Source of the DNA: Octopus vulgaris
Taxonomy: Eukaryota
DNA: 62,000 nucleotides
Direction: 5' to 3'
Assembly: GCA_951406725.2 (NCBI GenBank)
Contig: OX597823.1
Span: 38,398,001 to 38,460,000, forward strand
A program made the translations under genes and the position numbers. The notes beneath the pieces are model-generated. The model was not told where the DNA came from, searched no databases, and saw only the letters and a list, made by a program, of their open reading frames with translations. Positions within the stretch are counted from its first letter, which is position 1, and every line of letters starts with the position of its first letter. Of this stretch, positions 1-12,046 are shown one piece after another.

Positions 1-557
1 TTATGTCAAGTGTTGAGGGGTTAAAGTATGATTGGGAAACAGGAACAGGTGTCTAGCTGAAGAGAAGATAAATGACTTCCCCAACATGAAAGAAAAGAGG
101 TGGTGAGGGCAGACTCCCGTGTACAAATTGAATATAAGAGAGAAAATAGAGAAAGAGGATTAGAAAGGGTGGGTGGATATGTATGTTTGTGATAGAGTGA
201 CAGATGGTTAGCGATGGGGATTAGAGGTGGGTACAGTGAATGGGGCAGTTTATTCTTTTAAAAGAATACAAGGACAGAATAAGAGTCTGCTGTAGCTTTA
301 CAGAAGAAAGGTAATACATTTTGTTTAAAGGGGAGCCCATCAGAGTGGTTTTAAAAAAAAAAAAAAAATACAGCTAAAATAATGTCAGTAAAAGATTTTT
401 TTTCTTTTTGATACACATTTTAAATACGGGTCATATAAATGAAACATCTTTCAAGGTGATTCAATTGACTGCTTATAAAGTAATACAAATTTGAATGTTT
501 TCCAATTAAATGAAAGTTTAGCTTATTAAGCTTAATGTGTGAGGGTTATTCTATTAT

Positions 558-561
558 ATTA

Positions 562-604
<43 letters not shown>

Positions 605-640
605 CATCATTATTATTATTATTATTATTATTATCATCAT
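558..640. repeat. (TAT)n/(CAT)n microsatellite
   Basis: Direct trinucleotide run; explains the poly-Tyr ORF 539-727. Confidence 0.95.
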
Positions 641-1526
641 ACAGAAGATCTGAAGTTATTTTTACTATCTAGGCAAAGATATTATTTACTAGAAAAACTA
701 GAATTGTCTGGTAAGGAAAGTAAATGAGTGGAAATAGTAGAGTATTGTTTATACCAATAGCTACTGCTTTATCAGTGCTGAACATTGCCAAGATCGCTTT
801 CATTTTAAAGTCATCAAATGTTATGATTGGCATTGGAACAAATTTTGGAGATAAGAGAGAGAGAGAGTGACTAATACACTGGACATGGAGTTTGTTGGTT
901 CAAATAAGTGGATACAGAAAAAGTGTTAGTTTTAGAAAGATAATAGTTTGCCATACCAGTAACGGTTTGTCAACATTAATAGTTGAGAAAAATTTGAGCT
1001 TAAATGAATATGTAGCCAAAGGAAGAGAAAGAGAGAGAAAGAGTGGCAGGAGGGGCAGATAAATATGTTTTAAATATGGCTATGTTTTCTTTTCTATTAT
1101 TTTGGACAATGTTTTGGTTGTATTTCTTGAGAAAAAAATTGCACATATATAATGTGAATTGATTGATCTAGTTCTCAGAAAGCAATTCTATTTCGATGGA
1201 AACACAGAACTAAGTGAAACTATTAATGGAATTTAGGGGAAATATTCATATCTCCATTATAATATAGAACAGTCTTTGTTTTGTTTTTGTGGGTGCAGCA
1301 GATTTTGTTTTGTTTTGATTGTCAGCATTTTTATTAATAGAGCTTCGAAAAAAAATTTTATATTTGGTTTTCTTCCCATTCTTTTTCTATCTTCCTTTGT
1401 CCATTTGTTTCTTTTTTTTTCTGCTTCTTTATCTTTATACCTCACTCTTCATCAAAACTGACCATTCAAGACAGTTGCCATTTCTGTGCTAACTATTCAG
1501 GATCATATATATGTGTGTGTGTGGAA

Positions 1527-1842
1527 TTCCATTGGTTACAATAATGATAGTACCAGTTTATCTGAGCAACGGAACAGCTTGCTCATGAAATTAACATGTA
1601 AGTGGATGAGTGCTCCACAGACATGCATTTCCTTAATGTAGTACTCAGAGAGATTCAGTATGACACAATGTGCAAAGGCTGGTCCCTTTGAATTACAGGT
1701 GCAACTCATTTTTGCTAGCTGGGTAGACTGGAGCGACATGAAATAAAGTGTCTTGCTTAAGGACAGATGCACTGCCAGAAATCAAACTCGCACCCTTGCA
1801 ATCTCCAGCCCAATACCCTAACCACTAAACCAGCTGTCCTCC
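1527..1842 (-). mobile_element. tRNA-derived SINE
   Basis: Minus strand starts GGAGGACAGCTGGTTTAGTGGTTAGGGT...GAGTTTGATTTCT (A/B-box-like), then GCAAGACACTTTATTTCA core also seen at ~46.5 kb; 3' body shared with the 33.3-33.7 kb SINE. Confidence 0.8.
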
Positions 1843-2281
1843 TTGATTACCACATTAACTCTTTCATGACTAAATTTCTGTGATTTTTGGTTGAATTCTT
1901 GATTATATTTTAGATTAATACAAAATAATGAAGAATTTGGTTGTCATTAGTGAAATAGCTAATTTTCAGATTTATTTCTATCTTAAGCTAGTTTTGGAAC
2001 AATTTCATAAAAACTTTTTGCATAGAATTGTCAAGGTAGATTATGATTTAAGTATGAATTCTTTAAAACAATTGGTTTATAAGGCCAGTTAATATCAAAA
2101 AGTTTAAACACTTTGAGCAAGCTCCTCTTCTCTAGAGGTGTACCTCCTGGAAGTTCTTTTGCACCCATATTGTCCATCCCACATATAAACTTCAATAATT
2201 CAAATAAAAAAATGAATTACTCTAATCACTGTCTACATAAATAAATTATATGTGTGTGTGTGTGTGTGTTTCTGTCTATCA

Positions 2282-2392
2282 AACCCATTCATACGATCTC
2301 AGTTGGGCAAGTCTCTCCTGAGACTTGCCCAAGGTATCACATTGTGGGACTGAATCCAAGACCACATGGTTGGGAAGCAAACATAGACATGC
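2282..2392 (-). mobile_element. SINE fragment (TTGCTTCCCAACCACATGG family)
   Basis: Reverse complement matches the head of the copies at 3.1 kb and 29.5 kb. Confidence 0.65.
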
Positions 2393-3099
2393 CTGTGTAA
2401 ATAATTGATTGCTTTAATCAGTTTTGATCATTATTGCTAAGTGGACTAGAAACATTCATGATACTGTTACTTAAGATAGTATTTTACTAGGTTTAAATTT
2501 CTTCTACTATCTAGTTTATTGGTTCCATTTCAATTTAATCACTTTGCTAAATGGAAGTGTAATCCTATTTGTACTAATTGCATTAGAGAATAGTGCAATT
2601 CCTAGAGATAGTCAAAAGAAACCTCCTAAACCAAATTAAAGATGATTTTTGAAAGAAAATAAATTTAGAATACGTAAAGTGTACTAGCCATCTGAATGTG
2701 GCTAGCCACTGGGGGTGGGGTGTTACTGACGCTTTTAGCCCCAGGAGATCGACGTCTCCAGCTGGCCTTAGACACAATTTCAGAGAATAACTATCGGTCT
2801 AATAGTAAATGACTATTAAAATCTTACATTTATTTAAATGCTTCCTTTAGTGTCATTGGTTATAATGTTCTGATGAGTCAGTTATGAATTCACTATATAT
2901 CCCATGGTTAGAGTGGCATAGGAGTGTTTTTTCAACTCAGGAACAATAAATACTGCAAGGTAATTTTGTTTGACATGTTGCAGATTGGCAGTTTTTGCAC
3001 TGATGTGTGTATTCCCTGTTCCTACACACAATGGGCTTCTGCAAATTTCACTTACAAACCATTAATCAGCCCAAAGTCATGGGCTTAAGTTTACTGCAC

Positions 3100-3240
3100 C
3101 GTAATGATGCTTGCTTCCCAACCACATGGTTCCAGGTTCAGTCCCACTGGGTGGTATCTTGGGTAAGTGCTTTCCATTATAGCCTCAGGCTGACCAAAGC
3201 CTTGTGAGTAGATTTGTTAGACAGAAATTGTAAGAAGCCT

Positions 3241-3276
<36 letters not shown>
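3100..3276 (+). mobile_element. SINE ending in a (TA)n tail
   Basis: TGCTTGCTTCCCAACCACATGGTTCCAGGTTCAGTCCCACT...GACCAAAGCCTTGTGAG...AGAAGCC then (TA)n; homologous copy on the minus strand at 29455-29590. Confidence 0.75.
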
Positions 3277-3280
<4 letters not shown>

Positions 3281-3490
3281 GTTAATCCAAACAAGAAAAC
3301 AAAAAAAACACAACAACGCAAGGACGTGGAACAAATAAAGTATTATTGGACGCTCAGGAAAGAAGGGAAGAAGGAGGGTTTAACGTTTCGAGCGGAGCTC
3401 TTCATCGGAAACATAGGAGAAGGAAAGATCCCGAGAAGGGAAGACAGAGGAAAAAAAATCGCCGGTGGTACTCATGAGGTCACATACTGA

Positions 3491-3492
<2 letters not shown>
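3277..3492 (-). mobile_element. Probable Penelope-like (PLE) terminal-repeat fragment between two (TA)n runs
   Basis: ~215-bp unique island flanked by (TA)n on both sides and containing a minimal hammerhead-like motif; the PLE assignment is inferred from the known PLE-hammerhead association. Confidence 0.55.
3378..3412 (-). ncRNA. Minimal type-I hammerhead-like motif (variant core)
   Basis: RNA: GUUU-CCGAUGA-A-GAGC-UCC-GCUC-GAAA-CGUU-AAAC. Stem I 4 bp, stem II 4 bp; stem III is the loop-less palindrome ACGU (could form only as a dimer); GUU triplet; U4->C and one extra A. Confidence 0.55.
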
Positions 3493-3523
<31 letters not shown>

Positions 3524-6309
3524 AAAGGTGTCAATACATTATTTCTAAAGCCTACATTTTCTCACTGCTACTTAGTAAAATGTCAGATCTTACAGTATGT
3601 TGTTTATTTTTGGCCATCAGTTTAATATATTGCCTAACAAAATCTCTAAGTATTGATTAATAGCATAACTTGATAATCCTCTTAGCTTTCACTGTCCAAT
3701 GACATTTTCTAGTACTATAGTGGGATTTACATAATCACTAGAAGTATTGTTCTTAGAAACTTTAGTCATTGATGAACATAGCTACACTGGTTTGATTATT
3801 TAATCTGTTACAATTGAGAACAAATCATTCTATTTGGACTTTCTGTATATACTTAAAGGTAAGAACAGATTGCTTCAACTACAGAGTTGGTTTTCCAGTT
3901 CAATTTGTTGTTTTTAAAAATATAGCTTTAAAATAATACAAACTAATGATGCATTTTTGTAAAAAATATTATTTCTTTTCGATAAAGTGTTTATTTAAAA
4001 AACAAAACAATTGAAATTGACTATTTCACATTTATGTCATCTCGCTTTATGTAAACACTGCTGTTGCTGCTCACACAATTCTGCACTTTAAGCACATTCG
4101 AGAATTCCTTTGTTTAAATTATTAAATGTTTAGTTCTTTATTACTAACAATAAGGAGGAGAAATAGAAGAGATAATTTGCTGCTATTATAGAAAATTGCT
4201 ACTTGTAAAGTGCAACACAACTCAAACAATTCTATTGCTCTTGTGCTCATATTATATCTAATGGCTATTTTGAATAAGAAAGCTGATTATTATTATTTAC
4301 ATAATTTAAAAATTAAATTAAGATTATTTATCTGATTAAAATATTCTCCTTAACCAGGGCAGTAATTTCATAAACAACTTTTCAGCATAACACAATTTTT
4401 TAAAAATTAGTTTAGAATATGATGTCATTAGTTTAACTATATATTTTGTGAGGAAACTGTTACCAATAGTTGAGAAATTTTAATATATAATAAAGTATTT
4501 ACATAATAGACCATTTCTGTCACAGTCTGTTCAAAATATTTACCTTGAGCAGAAAACACCTTTGCTAGTTTTACTCCTCTCAAATTCAAAATTTTGTAGA
4601 AAGTTATCTTATTTAATGTTTTCTGTTTTATACTTGTTAATACCATTTGATATTAATATGCTATGTATTTAATAATCGTTGATATTATAGTTCTTAACAT
4701 TTCTGCTTTACTTTTTCATTCTCAGTATTCTTTTTATGAATTTACTTAGTATTATTTTCAATGATTCTTCTATGTTTAAATTAAGATTTCAAAATTAACT
4801 TTCTTAATCAGTTTAGTATTGTTAATATTTTGATTTTCAATTTAATCAAATCACTGCTGTTTTGATATATTGATTGAAAGGAATTTATTTTTAATCTTTA
4901 GATTCATCAGGAAATTTTACTAGTTTCACACTAAAATTTAATGGTGAAATTTAGTCATATTTAAATACTTCAATTCTATTTTGGTTCTGTTTTATTTAAC
5001 TTCTTAGAATTCTACTTTAAAATGAATGAAACGACTTATTTACTTCAAAAATTGTTTATTCTAACAATTTATAGCCTTCTAAAAATACATCATCTTACAG
5101 AAGCAATATTTGTGAGAGTTTTTGTAGTTTTTTTTTAAAATGTTCCCATCTGTTTAATTATCAGATGTATCTATAACAGAATTGACAACCCTTCAAAATT
5201 ACAAGACAGAAATTATAGATCCTTACATATAATAGAAAAAACATTTTAAAATTCTATTTTTTAATCAATTATGTGAAATTTAATTGGATTAATGAATCAA
5301 CAATAAATTTCTATTTGAAGATATCTTTTGAAAGGTGAGATAGAAGAATGTTTAAAAATGGGTTCATTACTTTTTAAGATAAAAGTTTAAATTCAATAAG
5401 ATTCTGTAGTTGTACATTGTATAGATTTTACTGTTCAGTTATTGTACTGTTAAATATGAAGCTATCAATCTTTTTTTGTTATCTACATTATGTAGATTTG
5501 TGACGTGAACTGTTGAGATGCTCAGCTCAGTATCATGGACTTTTTGGAGTACAGCAGTCCTCTGACCTTGGAGTCTTTAACAGGGAATACTGCAGTCTTT
5601 CTGTCATCAGTATTCCAGGCTGTATGTATTATATGCACACTAGCAATAGATTATATCTGTATTAAATATGATATGTAGGCACAGAAAATGAGAGAGCAGT
5701 ATAGAAAAAAAAGATTTTATCTTCTTTCCTGTTGTCCTTTTCAACTATCAACTTCATTATCTATCTAAACCTTGTTTCCAATTTGTTTTTGTAAGTCATC
5801 AATCTCGAACTGAAAAGTGAAATTGCTTAAAGACTAGTACAGATAACTTTTCACTTGTATGTAGAACAGTTTCTACTACCTAAATTAAAAATCCAATGCT
5901 AATCCCATTAAACTGATTTAGTATGCTGATTGAAAGTGCTTAAAAAAACTAGGGCAACATGTCTAGTGTCAAAGGAACTGTAAATATGATAACTGGATTA
6001 CATCGAAATTTAATATTATTAGATTTGTCCTCATTGAATCCACTTTATATATACCAATATCTTTATTTTAGTCTTCTAAAATTTAATCTAGTAGTTCTGT
6101 GAAATCACGCCTAGTTACCTTTATCTTCAGTGTTTACTGTTAATTTATTAAAATGCATATAAATGTTAGAGTTTTTCATAGATTCCCATGGGTGTCTCTC
6201 TTTAATCTTTCAAAACTAATCAATATAAAATTGAACACACATTTGTGTTGTGCTATGGATAGCTTGGTTTTTAATATTAATTTTTAGTGTTTTAATGCAA
6301 AATAAATTA

Positions 6310-6900
6310 CCATCATATCTATTCTTCATGCAGACATGGGTTGGATGGCTCAACAGGAGCTGGCCAGCTGGAGAGCTGCCTGGGCTCCATTTGTCTGTTT
6401 TGTCATATTTTCTATGGCTGGATGCCTTTGTTAATGCCAATCACTTTACAGAGTGTACTGGATGCTTTTAATGTGGCACCAGCATGGGTGCTTTGATGTG
6501 GCCTCAGCACCTGCGAACCTTCAAGTGCAAGATCTATCAGTTGAGAGAGGAATGTACCTGTATGTATGGAAGGCTATGATTTTACATAGCTTGATGTGTC
6601 TTCTCAAGCACTAAAAGCCACCAGAAGTCTTGATCCTTTGTGATCTCCCCTGTGAAGCCCAATGTCTGAAGATTCTTTTTCATCATCTCATTCCATTTCT
6701 TCCTGGGTTTTCCAAACATTTCCTCCACAATTAGAGATTAGCACTTCTTGATGCAGTTGTCCTCATCCATATGCATCACATGACAATACCAGTGCAGTCT
6801 TCTCTCTTACACACTATATCTGATACTCATGTACCCAATTTTTCTCTCAGATCATTTATACTCTGTTGTACATGCATACTGACATTACCCATCCAGCAGA
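6310..6900 (-). mobile_element. RTE-clade LINE 3' fragment with 3' UTR (decayed)
   Basis: Minus translation ...KRRLHWYCHVMHMDEDNCIKKC*SLIVEEMFGKPRKKWNEMMKKNLQTLG... resembles the RTE C-terminus, followed by the GGCATTAGGAAGGGCATCCAGC-type 3' UTR. Confidence 0.75.
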
Positions 6901-7789
6901 GATGATGAAAATATTTCAAATAGTGCTTATATAAAGTAATGATAGCTTAATTTTTAATTACATACAAATGAATGGACAGGTACTTATCCATCTGTAAGCA
7001 AAGCAATGTTGTTTCACTCTCAAGTAACATTTATTTCATCATAGAATAGTTGGTGCTAGAAAGCATATACACTTGAATAAGAAAATATTTGCCTTGAACA
7101 GAAGATAAGAAAAATAGACACAAATATTAATTATTTGAAATTATTTTCTTATAGTGCAGTTATTATTTTAATTCATTGATGGATTCTATTGATATGTATT
7201 GATTTTCCAGTATCCATTATCGTTGCTAAAATTACCATGATAATACAAGCAAAGTATTAGTGGAAAACCAATATAAAATAGGTTTATTTTGAATCCTTAC
7301 TATTGAATTCTGAACTTATAAATACTATACAATCTTAGATATAATTTTATCTATTTTTATTACATATTTTGCATCTATATTTGAATTTAGTTATTTCAAA
7401 TATTTAAAAAATTAAAAAATTTTTCTATCTTCTTTCTCTCCCTCCCTTTTAAAAATTGTGAAATTATCTGATAAATATGATTAATTTAATTTCTGTAATT
7501 TCAGAATTACCATAGTAACCAACCCAGACATTGTTTTTAGATATCACATAAGATAGGGCACACAAACTGCTGCTCATAAGAATGAAATGTTTATCACTCT
7601 GTCCTTTAGTATGTTATTCTAGCAAAAGATTTAAAAGATGTTCTTGGTTAACTGGGTGTTACTATCTATGTAATTTTATAAATTAACATGTTTTTATTTA
7701 TGATTTTATAAAACCTTGTATTTTACACTGATATATTCAAACTAGTGTCTCCATCTTAATATTAAAATTACAGTATTATAGTTGTTGTA

Positions 7790-8190
7790 TGGCAGCAAGA
7801 CATGGACATTAAACATCACTATAATGAATGCATTGACACAGTGCATGGTGGATGCATCATACTTGAGATCACTGTGCGATTAGAAGAGAAACATTTGGAT
7901 CCAACAGCAGACAGGAATTGATGACATCATCACTACTCTCAAGAAGAGCACAGTCAGGCCAATCACATTGCTGGATTTAAGGACAACAGGTGGATGATAT
8001 GAGTGACAAAGTGAACTCTGAAAGAATGGACTAAATCATGAAACAAACCAAAGGTGAAATAGCACAATGATATTACCTACCACCTGGGACTTGTACAAAC
8101 AAGATTGGTCAGAGATAGATGTTGGTGGAAACAGTCTTAGGAGAAGTTCCTCAATCTAAAGTGATATTAGCCCTAGAATGCATGAATAAA
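7790..8190 (+). mobile_element. Second RTE-clade LINE 3' fragment (decayed)
   Basis: WIQQQTGIDDIITTLKK followed by frameshifted remnants of the RTE 'W.GH..R..DNRW....EW' region. Confidence 0.6.
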
Positions 8191-9056
8191 TGACTTCTTT
8201 GGTCTTCTTTAGTTACAATGGTTGAAATAAAATGAAACTATAGTAGTCAAAACAAGGTGACTATTGGTCCAACAATACCAATGTATAATAATGATACTTC
8301 CTTGTTTTGGAAATTCAGACCAAAATTTTATAAATCCAGTTCAGGATTTATTTAAGATGGTGTGAAATATCATTGTAGCTGGCATGTCTTAGTTTAGCAT
8401 TCAGATTAATTCTGTCAAATGTAATCCTTATTTATTCATATTGTTTTGAATTAATCATAGATTATCATGTAGCTTTGAGATTTCAATGATGCAATTGATT
8501 ACATTTAGAATGACATTTTAAGTGAGATGCAAGAGGCTGGATCTGGCTGGTTTTAACATAAAACAGGCAGAATATTTGTGCCAGATATGGCCAGTTTAAA
8601 TGCTAAAAAATTAACACATTTTCTTTATAACGATTACATTTTTGCTGTTATATGATATGTATACATTTAAAATGTATCATACATCTTAAAGTATGAAAAA
8701 AATCTGTTGATAGTAAATATTTTGGTTAAAATCTAAACTGTTTCTGTATGTTCCAGGTTGACTTGTGTAGTTGGTGACTGAAGTGAATTTTAAAAATTAA
8801 ATATTATTATTTCATCTTGAAATAGTGTACTTAGATTAGAGAAGGTTGTACAACTAGGAGAGCTGTGAAGCTGTATATTGATATATAGTAAAATGTTACA
8901 GGTTGTAATGAAGTTTTGAAAAACATAAATGAATATTTTAAATGTATTTCTAAATTATAAACCCTGAAGAGGAAGCAAAAGGGAAGCATTTGGTTTGCAT
9001 TTGGATTCTGCACTAATGTCTTCACTAGTGATGGATTATCACTAAGTTTTCTAATG

Positions 9057-9772
9057 AATCAGAAAACTACTGCTTTCAAAAAGTGTTTAGAGTGGAGTAA
9101 AAACCTACAGAATTGGTTTCTAGACCAGTGGAAGAATGTTATTTTCTCAGACAAGTCATCCTTTACCTTATTTCCAACCACTGGCTGAGTATACATGTGG
9201 AGACAGCCAAAAGAAGCATTTGACCCAGACTGCCTTCTTTCAACTGTTAAACATGGAGGAAATCTGGCTTTGTGCAGCTCCCAGCAAACAGTTTTTGTGG
9301 AAACTAGGTTCTCGAGGTGGTCATTAAGCTCTGCAGTAGTTTGGGAGCTGTACGTTTGGGATCATTTCTAACAATTCACGTAAGAATCCGACGGTCCCTA
9401 CCTGAAAGTTTTGGTTTTCTTCTGGAGTTTTGTTTTGACAAGGAGGTTTTTCCCTCTTTCTCAAAGGCTATCATTACTTTCGAGATAGTACTTCTTGATA
9501 CACTAAACATTTTGGCTGTTTTCGTTATGCTAGCACCTGCCATACGAGTACCAACAATTTGACCTCTTTGAAACTCCAATAGATCTGTCATTTTAATAAA
9601 TTTTAATTACCTTTTTCTGATGATATCAGAAAAGAAACAGCAGTTTTAGCAAAACATTTTAAGCAACACTAATAATAAACCAAAAAACATAAAAATAAGC
9701 AAGCTTTTGATGGTTTTATAGATATTTCAAAATTATGATGCTAGGTGTTTCCATTATTTTGTCCAACCCCTG
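9057..9772 (-). mobile_element. Tc1-family transposon remnant with an internal inversion
   Basis: TIR CAGGGGTTGGACAAAATAATGGAAACACC from 9772 leftward, next to TA (9773-9774). N-terminal HTH ORF 9591-9376 (MTDLLEFQRGQIVGTRMAGASITKTAKMFSVSRSTISKV) on minus; the catalytic-domain start (LEWSKNLQNW.LDQWKNVIFSDKSSFTLF...VKHGG) is on plus at 9057-9260. Confidence 0.85.
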
Positions 9773-9774
9773 TA

Positions 9775-10345
9775 TATAAACTATAAAAAATACAAAAATG
9801 GGATAAGAACGTAAAACATCTAGACAGTGTTAGGTGATACAAAAAATGGACAACAAAACATCCAGACAGACAATACAAAGAAAACAAGGACAGGTCATGC
9901 GGAGTTTTCTATCCTCAGTTGAGTTCCAGATTATCTTTGCAATTTCAGCTGGTTATACTCGAGATTGCTCCAATCTGGCCAGCACCAAGGAAAAACTAAG
10001 CTAAGAGCATTAGATTCCTTGGAAGAAAGCAGTGAATATATACGAAAGCAAGGACAGAAAAAACAGAGAAATGTTACACAAATACAAATGCACTGTTTTT
10101 TCCATCCTTGTTTACATATATATTCACTGCTTTCTTGCAAGGAATCTAATGCTCTTAGCTTAGTTTTTCCTTGGGGCTGGCCAGATTGAAGCAATCTCGA
10201 GTATAACCAGCTGAAATTGCAAAGATAATCTGGAACTCAACTGAGGATAGAAAACTCTAAATGACCCATCTTTGTATTCTTTGTATCGTCTGTCTGGATG
10301 TTTTTGCATTCTTGTCCCATTTTTGTATTTTTTTTATATATAAAA
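9775..10345. repeat. ~570-bp imperfect palindrome made of two inverted copies of a dispersed repeat
   Basis: Arms ~9778-10068 and ~10093-10340 are reverse complements (GAGTTTTCTATCCTCAGTTGAGTTCCAGATTATC vs GATAATCTGGAACTCAACTGAGGATAGAAAACTC), ~24-nt spacer; a single-orientation copy of the same family lies at 38310-38560. Confidence 0.9.
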
Positions 10346-10382
10346 TATAGTGACGTACTTACACTTTGGTCTCTTATATGTA

Positions 10383-11956
<1,574 letters not shown>

Positions 11957-12046
11957 TTGATTGATTGATTGATTGATTCTAGTTTCAGCTTATGAGCTGT
12001 GGCCATGCTGGGGCACCGCCATTTGGTGTTGCTACTTGGTTTCACT

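Noticed and set aside
2700-2790. GC-rich hairpin island resembling twister/HDV ribozyme pieces
   Set aside because: Partial motif resemblance only; required conserved segments and pseudoknot pairings not found.
10190-10270. CTGAGGA...GAAA as a hammerhead in the palindrome arm
   Set aside because: Only 2 nt lie between the core halves, and no consistent stems I and III with an NUH site can be drawn.
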